Source of the DNA: Coniocarpon cinnabarinum
Taxonomy: Eukaryota
Assembly (NCBI GenBank): GCA_051942205.1
Contig: JAVECO010000131.1
Coordinates: 1-64,000, forward strand
Length of the DNA stretch: 64,000 nt
Direction: 5' to 3'
Made by a program: the position numbers and the translations under genes. Shown in pieces: positions 34,945-47,271 of the stretch. Positions within the stretch are counted from its first letter, which is position 1. Each line of letters starts with the position of its first letter. A model generated the notes under the pieces. That model was not told the DNA's origin. It saw only the letters and a list, made by a program, of their open reading frames with translations, and ran no database searches.

Positions 34945-37661
34945 ATGGGAGCACAGAAGAAGGTTGGTTATACTCAGAATGGATATCTGGATTCGTACTG
35001 ACCCATGTTGCAGTCAGCCAAAGGTCGCCTCGATAAGGTAGTACGCTTCCTGAACAAAAGAGCGCAGCCTACTAACCTGAACCTCAGTGGTATAAACTCG
35101 CCAAAGAGAAAGGATATCGTGCACGTGCAGCCTTCAAACTCATCCAGTTGAACAAGAAATTCCACGTCCTCGAACGTAGCAAAGTTCTCCTCGATCTTTG
35201 CGCTGCGCCAGGAGTTCGTCCTTAACCGCCTAAGTGCGTGGCTGTTCGCTGACGATATCAGTCTTGGTGTCAAGTTGCTTCCGAAGTTCTGCCTCAGGGC
35301 GCCATTATCGTTGGCGTCGACCTTGCGCCTATCAAACCAATACCACGATGCATCACATTCCAATCTGACATCACAAGCGACAAGTGCAGGGCGCAGATTC
35401 GACAACATCTGAAAACCTGGAAGGCTGACACGGTCTTGCATGATGGCGCACCAAATGTTGGCACAGCGTGGATACAGGACGCATACTCCCAGGCTGAGCT
35501 TGTGCTGCAATCCCTGAAGCTCGCAACAGACTTTCTCGCACCGGGCGGTACTTTTATAACGAAGATATTCCGGTCCAAGGACTATAACAGCTTGCTCTGG
35601 GTGTTCAACCAGCTTTTTGGCAAAGTCGAGGCCACGAAGCCACCAAGTTCAAGAAATGTGTCCGCAGAGATTTTCGTCGTTTGCCGGGATTACAAGGCGC
35701 CACGTCATATTGATCCTCGGTTTCTCGATTCGAAGGCTGTGTTTGCTGAATTGGCTGATCCTACCCCTAACAATGAAGCCAAGGTCTTCAATCCCGAGAA
35801 AAAGAAGCGGAAACGTGAGGGGTATGATGAGGGCGACTATACGCAGTTCAAGAGTGCTCCAGCAAGCGAATTCATTCATACGACGGATCCCATTGCCATG
35901 CTTGGAAGCCTGAACCAACTTCATTTCAATCAGCCGCACAACGGCGACGTAGCACTTGCTGCGATTGTCAAGATGCCAGAAACAACGCAAGAAGTGCGAG
36001 ACTGCTGTGCTGATCTCAAGGTGCTTGGACGCAAAGACTTCAAGTTATTATTACGGTGGCGGCTTCGCATTCGCGATCAGTTTGGCTTTTCAGAAAGGAA
36101 AAAGCGCGAGGCGCGCGAAGTGGCTGAGCGACAAGCAGAGGAGGTCGCCCAAGTTGAGCCCATGGACGAGGAGATGGCAATGCAGGAAGAGCTACAACGA
36201 ATGAAAGAGCAAGCAGACAAGAGCAAGAAGAAGGAACGAAGGAGAGACAACGAGCGCAAGCAGAAGGAGATTGTCAGGATGCAGATGAACATGACCACGC
36301 CATTTGAGATTGGTATGGAAGCTGGAGACCTAGGTGATGATGCGATGTTCTCGTTAAAGCAAGCCGATCGTGCTGGCGCCACAGGTCAGATTGCAAGAGG
36401 TAATATGTCCCTAATTCGGCCAAGACTTGAGCAAGGCAAGCAACCGGAGACCCAAGAGGAGAGCAGCGATGAGGATGGAGATGATCTGGAAGGTCAACTC
36501 GACAACATGTATGAACAATATCAAGAACATCGATCCGAGCAAGATGCAAAGTACCGCGCGAAACGGGCGCGAAAAGAGCACAATGACGAGTTTGAAGGCT
36601 TCTCTGATCGCGAAGAGGCTAGTGAAGCTTCAGATGACGAACTGATAGAGGATGAAGATAGCAGTGACTCCGAGTCCGATTTGGAGACAGTACATCAGGC
36701 GCCACTGTCCAGGGCCGTAGCGACAGAGCAAGAAAAGCAGGGTGGCAGCTTGTCGGGGCGAGCGACAAGATTCTTCGACCAAGATCTTTTCAGAAGTATC
36801 GGCGCTATCGAAGGCGACGTTCACGAGGATAGCGGCATCGACATGAATGACAGCGATGAGAGTCTGCCAAAGAGAACAGCAGCCTTGCAACGACCTTCAG
36901 CTTCTGCGAAACCGACAAAAGTTGTCGCACCTAGGCCGGCTGAGCTGAACATTCACAGAAAGCAAGATCACAGTGACGATGCGTCTGAAGCATCCTTCGA
37001 GATCGTCAAGTCCACGCCCTTGGATGACAATGGCGCAGACTCTGACACATGGTCTGAAACTGCTCCAAGTAAGCCTAAAGAATCAGTAAGACCTAATGTT
37101 GACATTATCACGGCTGAGGCAATGACGCTGGCTCACCAGCTCGCCCAAGGAGGCCGGGCTGCCGCTGACGAAGCTGTCGACTCCTCCTACAACAAGTATG
37201 CCTACCGAGACACAGAAGGGCTACCAGCTTGGTTCCTCGACGACGAAGGACAGCATTCTAAGATGCATAAACCTATCACTGCCGCCGCTGCAGCCGCCAT
37301 AAAAGAAAAGCAACGCGCCTTGAATGCACGACCCATCAAGAAAGTCCGTGAAGCCAAGGCGCGAAAGAAGATGCGCGCAGCCCAACGATTGGAGCGATTG
37401 AAGAAGAAGTCTGCGCTGATTGCTGAAGACGAGGAAGGCGGCTTGACGGAAGGTGAGAAGTTCAAGGAGATGATGAAGACGATGAGCAAGGCCGGCAACA
37501 AGAAGCCGAAGCGGAAAGTGAGCGTGGTGGTTGCTAAGGGAGGAAATAGAGGTGTACAGGGAAGACCGAAAGGTACCAAGGGTAGGTACAAGATGGTGGA
37601 TGCAAGATTGAAGAAAGATACAAGAGGACTAAAAAGAGCCGAGAGGAAACGGAAAAAGTAG
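34945..37661 (+). CDS. SPB1: AdoMet-dependent 25S rRNA methyltransferase Spb1 (FtsJ family)
   Basis: Spliced N-terminus [36 protein letters not shown]...DLCAAPG|SWCQVA, then [25 protein letters not shown] and C-terminal [14 protein letters not shown]. Three short 5' introns. Confidence 0.96.
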
Positions 37662-40546
37662 CAAGACTAAATCTATGTTGCTTCATTAGTTGTTGCAGAA
37701 TGAATCTTGTTTAATGTCAATAGCTTTCTGGAAGCGTCCAAAATAATCAGCCATGCGTTTGAGCCAAGTGCGCGAGAGCGAACAAGGGTCCAGTGAGGGG
37801 CACAAAGGTCAGATTGCAACCATCTTTGTCCTCATCAAATAATCTGCACAGCTTGAGAATAATACGCAGCGTTTTCTGCCGAGCAGCGCATTGTCATTGA
37901 TTGACCGGCATCTCGTACGAATTACACGCAGATTGCGGTGGAAACTGGCGGTGTTTAAGTAGCCCCTGTTGTAAAATTTCTGCTCGCTACACATGGTTAA
38001 AGACAAGTGCTAACAACGATGTCAATAGCTATAAAAGGTGAAATATCGTTACATGGTCAGCGGTCCCCGTTGATGCCAAGGTTGATAATCGTCGTGAAGT
38101 AGGAGAGTAACCATGATGTCTCTTCACATGCGTACTTCAGGGTCATAGTCGGGTCATCCAGAGTTAGGTTTCCGTTCGACCTGTGCAAAGTGAACAGTGA
38201 GAGCAATTTTAAGCACTTGCGCATCTAATCATGCAAGATAGGGGAAGAAGCATGAAGTAAAGCATTGAGGCAGAAAAGGATTGATGCATGAAACTGGGCT
38301 TGCGTTCGTTTTGCGAGTGACAGTGCTGTTGCTTGTCATCACTACACTCTCTTCCTGATAATACCTAAATAAAATTCGTGGAAGGTGAACAATTTCCATC
38401 ATAGCCCCCTTCTTGCGATTGCCTACGGTGAGCGCTTTTGCGCTGCTACTTGAATACTTTAGCATCCACGAGTACTGCTTTTGACGTTAGTGGTTCATCT
38501 TGGATCGCAGGCTGGTGTATCGTGTGAAACGAGTTCGTTCAACCTAAGTTGAGCGCAAATTGAAGCAGCAGAATTTTTCCCGGTCGGCGACTCAGAGGAC
38601 GTAGGGGATTGCAAAGGATATCTCAGATTATGTTGCCGAAGCCGACTAAATGACCGAACAAAGGCTTACGATGTCGAAAGAAAGGGACCCCTGGCTATGA
38701 TGATGATAATCGTTATTATTGAATTCGAAGAGATCACAATGACACGGGAGTGCAGATCCTTTTCCGCTCCATGGCCTCGGCTTGTGCACATCCGAGATTC
38801 CATAACTCGTTGGTCGTTTACTGCTCTGAAATATCGCTTGAAAGGTCGTCGCCCACATTTGAGTGGGTGTCTATGAAGCTGCATTTTTCACTTGGAGTTT
38901 CTCATTGTACAATCGACATGACTGCGCTGATTCTTGCGAGCGAGCTTTAAAATTAAACAATAGGAGACGATGCCGCTACGCATCAACATAAAATTTATCC
39001 CTTAAGTGGAGGCGAAGCAGAGAAATGCAATGTAATCTAAGGATCCAGCATCCCCTACATTGCGAAGGTGATGCGTTCAAACCAGACTATCCGCTTTTGT
39101 GTCGGACGGCAACTTCTTCGAAGCAATGGAATACACTCGGTTACCCTCGCGTGATCTTGTACTGTGCTTGCATGGTCAGTCCCTGCTTTGGGGGCATTAT
39201 TGCACCGGACGATAAAGAAAAGCGTGTGGTAGATGGCAGCAAGCCTCGAAAGGGGACGTTGCGGGAGGTTTGGCCACAATCTTGAGTGAATGCCTCGAAG
39301 TTTTGCCTGGCATCATCTTGTACTGATGCTGATCGGCAGTCATTATTTGCATCTCAAACCAAGCATGATATATGATTCGAAAGCTTCTTCAAGAGCTCGT
39401 CTTCAGTCAAGCGCATTGCTTACACCACCTTTCTCACCACGTGTGAGTGATGAGATTTAGTCTTCTTGGTAAAAAAAGCAGAAAAGTTCATCCAGAGAGG
39501 CTTCTCAACCTTCCTTTACATGCCTTCAAAAAGCTGTCACGTCAGTTGCATCGTTTGCATCGTTTGATGTTGTATCTCGTGATCATGACACATACCTATC
39601 TATTATTACAGCTGAGAAAACAATCCCGCTCTGTGTGAGAATGGTGATCTCCCCTCCAGGGATGAAAAGATCTGACAAGAGGGGCCCTGGACGCCAGCTA
39701 TCGAAACCCTGCTACGAGAAAGTTTAAATCTGTTCTGGTAAGCGAAGCGCAATGATGTTGATGCTCATCATTGTCGGATGAGCGAAAACGAACGTGGAGC
39801 AATGATGCATCGCGAGCAAAAACTATGCCCCTGTTGTTGACTTATTCACTGAGAATATTTCCGAATCCCCTCCGTGTACTGAGATGATATTTGGTTGTAG
39901 TCGAGTCCATTTAGGTGCAAGCTCAATAGAAGAAGGGCAGGTTAAGAAAAGAGCCTTGATCTGTCAATGCGAGCATCCCCTGTGCTGCATATTACTCAAT
40001 TTGGTAGTATTAGGCTTTTCAAGATCAGAATCAATCGATACTTGTCTAGCATGATGCTTGAGGGGCTGCTTGAGAGCCTGTTTTCCGACTTCCAGGGCAA
40101 TGATCTGTCAAAGTCTCAATGAAGTTTTAGATCCAGCATCACAGCGCACGCGATGCTTCTCAATATCATCATCTGAAATGATGTTGGGCTTCGGTCATGG
40201 GCTACAAGGCGAATGGTCATTTATATGACGTTCGCCTTTTCGCAATGACACTTCAAAATGCTTGCCCCTTTTCTCCAAACTAGCGTGATCTACATCACGT
40301 CTTGCCGACACACCATTGGATAATAGAGGGTTTGGAGTGCGCTTTCTGAAGCTGAAGCCACTGTACTCACTCCTCTCCACCTTTTCCGGCTCACGCAAGA
40401 CTGCCGAAGTGCTACAGAAGACTGGTGTGAGGCTTTGTTCGCCAGTAGCACTTCTATATTTGGCAAAATGGTCGTAGGGAAACGGCCGCCAGTCGCACTC
40501 AATAGGTATAAAGTAGACCAGAGTCACGTGCTTGCGCGCTGCGTCA

Positions 40547-40562
40547 ACGCGTTCCTACGCGT
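40547..40562. promoter_or_regulatory. Tandem MCB boxes upstream of RPA3
   Basis: Two perfect ACGCGT at 40547-40552 and 40557-40562, about 120-135 bp before the ATG. Confidence 0.7.
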
Positions 40563-40682
40563 CACCTGTTCTTTCGGTTCGAATTTGCTATCTCACTCAC
40601 TTGCTACCCCAGATTGCGCCGACCGTTGCTCATCGATCGATTATAATCGGAACGTCCAAACCCATCAGAAAGGACAAGCACC

Positions 40683-41187
40683 ATGGCAGACGCTACTCCC
40701 CGCATAAACGCCAGCTATCTTGAAAGCTTTGCAAACCGCAATGTCCGCCTGGTAGGGAAGGTCAAGGAGTTGCGTGGAGACACTGCGACGTTGGACGCAG
40801 GTGGACTCGTCACTGTCATTCTGAATCGAGTGAGTCTTCTAAAAAACCGTTGACTTCTATTGCTTGTCATGCGAAACCGTGGTGCTGCAGAAGCTGATGT
40901 ATGCGCGACAGGATTGCCATCTTCAAGTCGGACGAGCGTTTGAGATCATTGGTAAAGTCACCAACGAATTGAGCGTGAAGGTGATGGCGACGACAGATCT
41001 GGGTGATAACATTGGTAAGTAATGACATCGATTTCCGAAACATCGGTCTGAGAACTGGAGTCTGCCAACGATTCCCGTGGTGGGCGGGATGAATCACAAA
41101 AACTGAACTGATAACCGGGCAGATTATAATGCTGCGGAAGCGGTAGTGGACGCGACGCATCGATATAAGGACATCTTCTACGAATAA
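40683..41187 (+). CDS. RPA3: Replication protein A small subunit (RPA14/Ssb3)
   Basis: Exons 40683-40829, 40912-41014 and 41123-41187 give MADATPRINASYLESFANRNVRLVGKVKELRGDTATLDAGGLVTVILNR|DCHLQVGRAFEIIGKVTNELSVKVMATTDLGDNI|DYNAAEAVVDATHRYKDIFYE. The gene is missing from the ORF track because its exons are short. Confidence 0.93.
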
Positions 41188-41370
41188 TGAACAAATGCCC
41201 CAGCTTGTCGGCACCGAGCTGGGCTCGGGCTTTGAGTTTCGACCAGCAGGGAAAGGTAGCCATCGCTGTCTTACGCGCAGCTATTGGCGCAATGCAGCAC
41301 ATTCGTCTAAAGTCGTCTATGTCATCACGCATCACGATACCGTCCGCAGAGATCGCCTCGTTTGCAGAGT

Positions 41371-43356
41371 TTATGCCGCATGCCCGTTTTCCAGTTGCCC
41401 AGCTTTTGTGTCCTCGCCACCAATCTTTTTGAGTGGTACCTTTTCATCATATCCCAACTCTTTCACTATGCCCAAACCTTTTGTCCGTCCCTCTCGAAAC
41501 AATATTCTGTCCCCTTTGCAGAGGAACTCGGGCCGCTGCACAAAGCGGAATGCGACTGTCGCCCTGTCTCCAGTTCGGATATAGCTCCTGTCAATATCAA
41601 TGATTGCGCAAGTCTGGCTGACCGGACCCACGTGTAACATCGCCTGGTACTTGGTCTTGATGGTAGTTGCGTGTGAAAGGATCAGGACTTCCGCGATAAA
41701 TTCGCGGTATACCTTCGGCTGGCTGATCTGCCCTTCTTTAGGATCCAGCTTCTTCGCAGAGCTATCAGGCATCGGTAGTACCACCATCCCTTTCCGCACT
41801 TCTTTCCGCCGCACACGCCGCAGCGCAAATGACGCTGACTGACCTGCAGCACAGGCTGGAACTGGTATCCGCTTGCGCTCAATGGATTTGATGTTTGTGT
41901 TGATGAACTGACCAAGCCCATCAGGTCCCACGAGAACGTTGTCGCCCGCATGCACTACTCCAGATTTGACGACACCGGAGACGACAGTACCAACGTTCGG
42001 AACTGAAAAAGTGTCATTCACATGAAACTCGAAGGGCGCTGATGCGTCGTAGTGGCCGTGGTGGGGCAGTATGTTGAGGAACTCGCGAACGAGCTCTAGT
42101 GACTCGCCTGTGACATTACTGACTTGGAAGATCGGACATATCCGCTGTGAAACGAATTGGCTTGCCGTATTGATGCAGTCCTCGCGCCCCTTGATGAGTA
42201 TGGGTATTTTCCGCGCCCCAGGCGATTTCAGGATTTTCTGCAGTTGCGTGAGTGTCTGCTGAAGGATATGAGGCGGGCAGATATCGATTTTGGTAACCAC
42301 AACCATGACTGGTACATTGAGAGCTAACGCGATTCCCAGGTGCTCTTTTGACATACCAACCAAGCCGTTGTTCGCAGCGACCATAAGCAAGCAGTAGTTC
42401 GGCTCAGAGCTCAGCAGACCGAACACCGTCGTCCTCAGATATCGCTCGTGTCCCGCCAAGTCAGTAAACGATATTACTTTTGCCGCACGCTTTCCGATTT
42501 CCTCCCAGCTGAGCTTGCGACCAGGGACGTTCGACGCAATGACCTCGCCTGCAGCGTCGAAGCCCATGATCTCCATACCCACACTCGACGTTCGCCCTGA
42601 TTCTTGCTCGTGCTTGTGCCTAAAGAGATTCACTCGCATTTTCCCTCGGCCGTCATCCAAGCCACCTTTGACTAGCACGCCCAGCATGGTAGATTTGCCA
42701 GCATCGACATTACCCACGACCGCTATCCGTGTTTCGATGGTATCATCAATCGAATTCGGCCGTCTCCGTATTAGTATCTTACTGCTACACGACGTGTCCC
42801 GCACGCCAGCGGTATGTGGAATGTCGTGTTTGCTGTCTGGGACATTGCGCGTCATCAATATGCGCAGGTCTGCATCGAGCTTTTTCGCGACACCCTGTAT
42901 TCGTGCGAATGCAGCCTCGTACTCAGCGTGAGTCAAGCCCATCGACTCGCCGCTATCCTCCAAACCAATGTCTAGAAGCGCCTCGCCCATGCCTTCATTT
43001 ACCCGCTTTAGAACGTGATCCTTGAGTTTAGAAATGCTGTCATCTTTTGTCTCGGAGTCGTCGAGAAAGAGATGTTTTAATCGGACGGGAGGCGCGTCGT
43101 CTGAGAGGCCTAATGAATCAATGATATCGAGCTCGTCATGATGCTCTGGCACAGCCGGAACACCTTTTGGTTTGCCATTGGCTTTTGAAGTGATGTGAGC
43201 GGGCTCGCGCCGCGCTTGTTGCGACTGGACATAGTCGCTGAAGTCAGAGAGAGCCTGTTCAGTCAGCACAGCGTACGCATCGTGAAGAGGACGATCGCAT
43301 ACGTTTTCGCCCCGTCGTTTGTCCTCTGCAGTGGGCCGTTGATGTCGAGCGGACAT
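41371..43356 (-). CDS. GTPBP1: GTP-binding protein 1/2 (translational GTPase, EF-Tu-like)
   Basis: GNVDAGKST, FRHKHEQESGRTSS, DLAGHERYLRTT and TKID, followed by beta-barrel domains ending FREGRTKGLG. Start taken at ATG 43356. Confidence 0.92.
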   Translation of the reverse strand: MSARHQRPTAEDKRRGENVCDRPLHDAYAVLTEQALSDFSDYVQSQQARREPAHITSKANGKPKGVPAVPEHHDELDIIDSLGLSDDAPPVRLKHLFLDDSETKDDSISKLKDHVLKRVNEGMGEALLDIGLEDSGESMGLTHAEYEAAFARIQGVAKKLDADLRILMTRNVPDSKHDIPHTAGVRDTSCSSKILIRRRPNSIDDTIETRIAVVGNVDAGKSTMLGVLVKGGLDDGRGKMRVNLFRHKHEQESGRTSSVGMEIMGFDAAGEVIASNVPGRKLSWEEIGKRAAKVISFTDLAGHERYLRTTVFGLLSSEPNYCLLMVAANNGLVGMSKEHLGIALALNVPVMVVVTKIDICPPHILQQTLTQLQKILKSPGARKIPILIKGREDCINTASQFVSQRICPIFQVSNVTGESLELVREFLNILPHHGHYDASAPFEFHVNDTFSVPNVGTVVSGVVKSGVVHAGDNVLVGPDGLGQFINTNIKSIERKRIPVPACAAGQSASFALRRVRRKEVRKGMVVLPMPDSSAKKLDPKEGQISQPKVYREFIAEVLILSHATTIKTKYQAMLHVGPVSQTCAIIDIDRSYIRTGDRATVAFRFVQRPEFLCKGDRILFREGRTKGLGIVKELGYDEKVPLKKIGGEDTKAGQLENGHAA

Positions 43357-43942
43357 GATAGAGGCAGGAGGATTTTGTATGCAATTTCTATTCGAGAATA
43401 ATACAGAACTGCAAGTCGGCTTAGCAATTTCAAGCTCTAGGCTGTAGTTTAGAAGCATACAAGGTGAGTACAAATGCAGTACATTGGATGAGTATGCATG
43501 ACGCGGTGGTCAATGGGGGGTCAACCGTGGAGAAAAGAGGGGCTCAGCGGGGCATCTCCATCCCTAGATTGGGGCAGATTTAGGCGACCAAGCCGCTGGG
43601 GACTTGGGGGCCAAAACCCCTAGATTTAGCGTTGTGCATCTGCCTGAGCTTGGACCATCGTAGTGACGTACGCGCTGCCGGCAAGTCGAAGTTGTCCAGA
43701 GCTCGCCTTTCCAACACTTTGGCGCCGACCTGAATACAACTGAACCACAATTACGCTGCTCGATTTTCAACGTCTGAAGAGGTTTACGGCATCAAGAAAA
43801 ATCAAATCTTCTTCACGTCGCGCACTGAAGTATTTTCGGCTCCGCACAGAACTTGAAACGCCTGAGCGATTCTCTTTTGCCGCCTTGGTGACATGTCGTC
43901 TTCCACGTAGAGCGATTCAACACTCTTCGCACACCCTTTGAG

Positions 43943-46534
43943 ATGGTCGAAGACGAGCGCCTCATGCGCGAAGAGTCAAAGCAGGGCTCATCAGAAGAGC
44001 ACAAGGAACACGCGTCAAAGCCTGAGAACGCATCGCCTCAGCCGCCTGTCAACGGCTCACAGAAACAGAATCGTCTTTCGTGGAGGAAGGGCAGTTGGCG
44101 AGGGAAAGCTACCGCGGTCGCTGAAATCGCAAAAGAAAGCATACCAGGAAACAACGCGTTGAAGATCAATACCAAGCGCAGTGACGCGTCACGGAAGCCG
44201 TCTCATCGGCTATCGCAAAGCTTAGGCTCACCGGGCAAATCTACAACAAGCCCCGCATCTGCCACACCTATCACAGTCGCTTCAGACGCTTCGTCCGAAG
44301 TCAAGGACGATAGCAGGTCCGAGAAAGACACATCAACCTCGAAGCACGGGACAGAGAATGGCGAGAAGAAGGTGACAGCCGAACAACAGCCCATGTCCAC
44401 GGGCAAAGATGGCAATACTGAGGATGACACTGCTCGTGAACGATCAAGACCAGCCTCGGGGTGGCGTGGATGGTGGTCGCGGCCTGCAAATCAGGATGCC
44501 GAACAGCACACTGCCAAAGGCACAAATGGCAAGGGCACCGAACCTGAGGCTGGTACGAAGAGCGCGATAGATGGCACCCAAGCATTGAACACGAGTACAG
44601 GATCCAACGTCAACGAGACTGAGCCAGTACCTGATCTCAGTAAAAAGCAAGAAGCTGCTCAAGATGATCCAAATTCCGTGGAAGCAACAGTTAATCAAAC
44701 CAAATCTGCTAAGTCGAACCGAAGCTCCTGGTTTGGTCTGTGGGGATCATCAGCGCAGCCGGAGAGCACCGGATCGGAACTCGAGCGCAGAGCCAGCGCC
44801 ACCAAAGGTCAGTCCGTCGAGCCTTCACCCACCAATGTCGATGCCTCATCTGAGCCTTCAAATCCGTCTGCAACTGGGGAGACAGTCCGGAGTCAGTTGA
44901 CTAGCCGACCTGCATCTGGCAGCTGGGCGTTTTGGTCTCGCGAACGCCCCACAGACGACCAAGGCAAAGCTACTGGCAAGTCCGAGCAGAACCGTGAAAT
45001 CGGCGAGTTGGCGGTCTCCGGAACTGATTCTCAGTCCAAGCCCCGACCCGCTCAACTGAATGAGGAAGACGAGTCCAAGCAAGAATCATCGAAAAAGCGG
45101 CAGAGACCTGAATCGACAGAGTCTGTGGGACTGACGAGCAAGAAGAAAGCAGCTGCCAAACCGTCCGCGTCAACGAAGCAGACGGACAGCGGAGTGACGA
45201 ACGAACAAGATGCACAGCCATCAATGCAGCAATCTGTTCTCAGGACAACGATTGAGCCACCAAAGCCAAAGTCACGCAATGCATCCAAGGAAAAAGCGAA
45301 AGCAGCAGCTCCTCCAAACGCAATCTATCCCTCATTTGCAGACACTTATCCCCTTGCGCAACCAACCTCGTACATTTCCCGGCTCTCACGCTATCTGCCA
45401 TACATCCCGGCCACATCAGAGCCGAAGCACCTCTCCCGAATGTCTCAACCTCACCGCATCCGCCGCGCTCTCGCTATCGGCGTCCACGGCTATTTCCCCA
45501 CGGCTTTGATCCAGAAGGTCCTCGGTCCACCTACAGGTACTTCTATCAAGTTCGCCGATTCCGCGGCAGCAGCGATACAACAGTATTGCTCGCTACATGC
45601 GTGCACTGCGGACATCGACAAGGTCGCCCTCGAAGGCGAAGGCACTGTCGACCAGCGCATTGAAAGTCTGTGGAAGCTGCTACTCAACTGGATCGACGCA
45701 ATACGGAAAAGCGACTTCATCCTCGTCGCCTGTCATTCACAAGGCGTGCCCGTCGCCGTTGGACTAGTCGCTCGACTCCTGTCCTTCGGCTGCGTGCAGA
45801 AAGACGCCCGAATCGGGATCTGCGCCATGGCCGGCGTCAACCAAGGACCATTCTCCAGCTATCAATCACGTTTCCTTCCGCTCGGCGCCTCGGGTACCGA
45901 GCTCTTTGATTTCGCACAGCCAAATAGTGCAGTCAGCGCGGCCTATACTAATAGTCTTAATACATGTCTCCGTCATCACGTCCGCATACTATACATAGGC
46001 AGTCTCGACGATCAACTCGTCTCTGTCGAATCATCTACCTACACCATCGCGAACCATCCTTACATCTCGCGCGCCGTCTTCGTTGATGGCCGGGAACATC
46101 CTGACACCGCTGATTTCCTGACGCGTCTCGTCGGTTTCGGCTTGAGACTCAGAAACCTAGGTATTTCAGACCATGGGCTTATTCGTGAACTCTCCGGTCC
46201 ACTCGCCGGTTCCCTCTACAGCGGCGAAGGCCACTCCCGTATCTATGACGAAGACGCTGTGTACGACCTTGCGGTCCGCTTAGCCGCTGAAACCGAGTCG
46301 TTGGATTCAAACTCGAACCCACATTTAGATGTCAACAACAGCAAGACGGTCGGAGAATCGAATCCGTTCTTTTTGCCGTGGGCTTTACGGGGTGTGCTCG
46401 AGGAGGAAGAGGTCAAGTCCCACATGAAGGGAGAGACGGATGAATTACTCAGACTGTTTGAACAGTGGCGGCCTCAGAGCCGGACGCTGAGGGATGTCAG
46501 GTTTAGACTTGAGGCTGTGAGGAGTAAGCTTTAG
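43943..46534 (+). CDS. Uncharacterised YML020W-like protein with C-terminal alpha/beta-hydrolase domain
   Basis: 863-aa ORF with a disordered N-terminus, then AIGVHGYFP...GPPTGTSIKFA, ACHSQGVPV, GSLDDQLV and GEGHSRIYD. Ends in SKL. Confidence 0.85.
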   Translation: MVEDERLMREESKQGSSEEHKEHASKPENASPQPPVNGSQKQNRLSWRKGSWRGKATAVAEIAKESIPGNNALKINTKRSDASRKPSHRLSQSLGSPGKSTTSPASATPITVASDASSEVKDDSRSEKDTSTSKHGTENGEKKVTAEQQPMSTGKDGNTEDDTARERSRPASGWRGWWSRPANQDAEQHTAKGTNGKGTEPEAGTKSAIDGTQALNTSTGSNVNETEPVPDLSKKQEAAQDDPNSVEATVNQTKSAKSNRSSWFGLWGSSAQPESTGSELERRASATKGQSVEPSPTNVDASSEPSNPSATGETVRSQLTSRPASGSWAFWSRERPTDDQGKATGKSEQNREIGELAVSGTDSQSKPRPAQLNEEDESKQESSKKRQRPESTESVGLTSKKKAAAKPSASTKQTDSGVTNEQDAQPSMQQSVLRTTIEPPKPKSRNASKEKAKAAAPPNAIYPSFADTYPLAQPTSYISRLSRYLPYIPATSEPKHLSRMSQPHRIRRALAIGVHGYFPTALIQKVLGPPTGTSIKFADSAAAAIQQYCSLHACTADIDKVALEGEGTVDQRIESLWKLLLNWIDAIRKSDFILVACHSQGVPVAVGLVARLLSFGCVQKDARIGICAMAGVNQGPFSSYQSRFLPLGASGTELFDFAQPNSAVSAAYTNSLNTCLRHHVRILYIGSLDDQLVSVESSTYTIANHPYISRAVFVDGREHPDTADFLTRLVGFGLRLRNLGISDHGLIRELSGPLAGSLYSGEGHSRIYDEDAVYDLAVRLAAETESLDSNSNPHLDVNNSKTVGESNPFFLPWALRGVLEEEEVKSHMKGETDELLRLFEQWRPQSRTLRDVRFRLEAVRSKL

Positions 46535-47271
46535 CTTGCGGTTGAGGCCTGGTAATCGACATGTGACATGATTGATAAACGCGGAGCTTCAGAGCTGAGG
46601 TGGCGAGCCTTGTGTGAATACATGTGCAGTTTTGTGCACTTTCACGAGCAGCCTGCTGAGACGTGTTCTGGTGAGAAGAGCTGGCGTTAACGAGGCCGTG
46701 ATTGGATGGCAACCAGCCATTTTACGCAGGACATCATGATGAGAAGCCGACACATCTGGCTTTCAAGCCTTTGCAGCGCCCAGCTCGCAAGATCATCGTC
46801 CTTGTTTCCCAAAAGCACCGACGAGCGACGCCAGCCACGAGGAGTCCTCTCAACATTAGCATCGCTGGAATACGATATAAGTGAAGGCATCGAGCAATGG
46901 CCGATGCCCTCGTCAACGCCCACGGATCTTCAGTTGTGTATGCTCGCGGATGACGTGTCTAGAATCGGCTCGAGCAATTGAATCGCCGACCCGTGCTTTG
47001 CAAGAGAAGAAAATGGGATCGTCGCTCGCTGGGCTACTGCTCCCTCAGAAGACCAATGTCGCCAGTGTATGGCATGAAAGGAGAAGTACCTCACGTTGGG
47101 CGGGAAGCCACAATAGCCAGTCGGGACGTGGACGGTCGCCGAGACCCTCGATCAGCCGCGCTTAATACAACTTGAGTTGAGCCATTTGCGTGCGCACTTG
47201 GTAGTGGCTGGCTTCTTGACTTTAGCGAGATTGAGGGAAAAGAAGTGGGAAGGTCAACACCGAGGATGTTG

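Noticed and set aside
37659..37670. SPB1 stop context TAG-CAA as programmed readthrough
   Set aside because: An in-frame TAA follows two codons later, and the extension adds no targeting signal.
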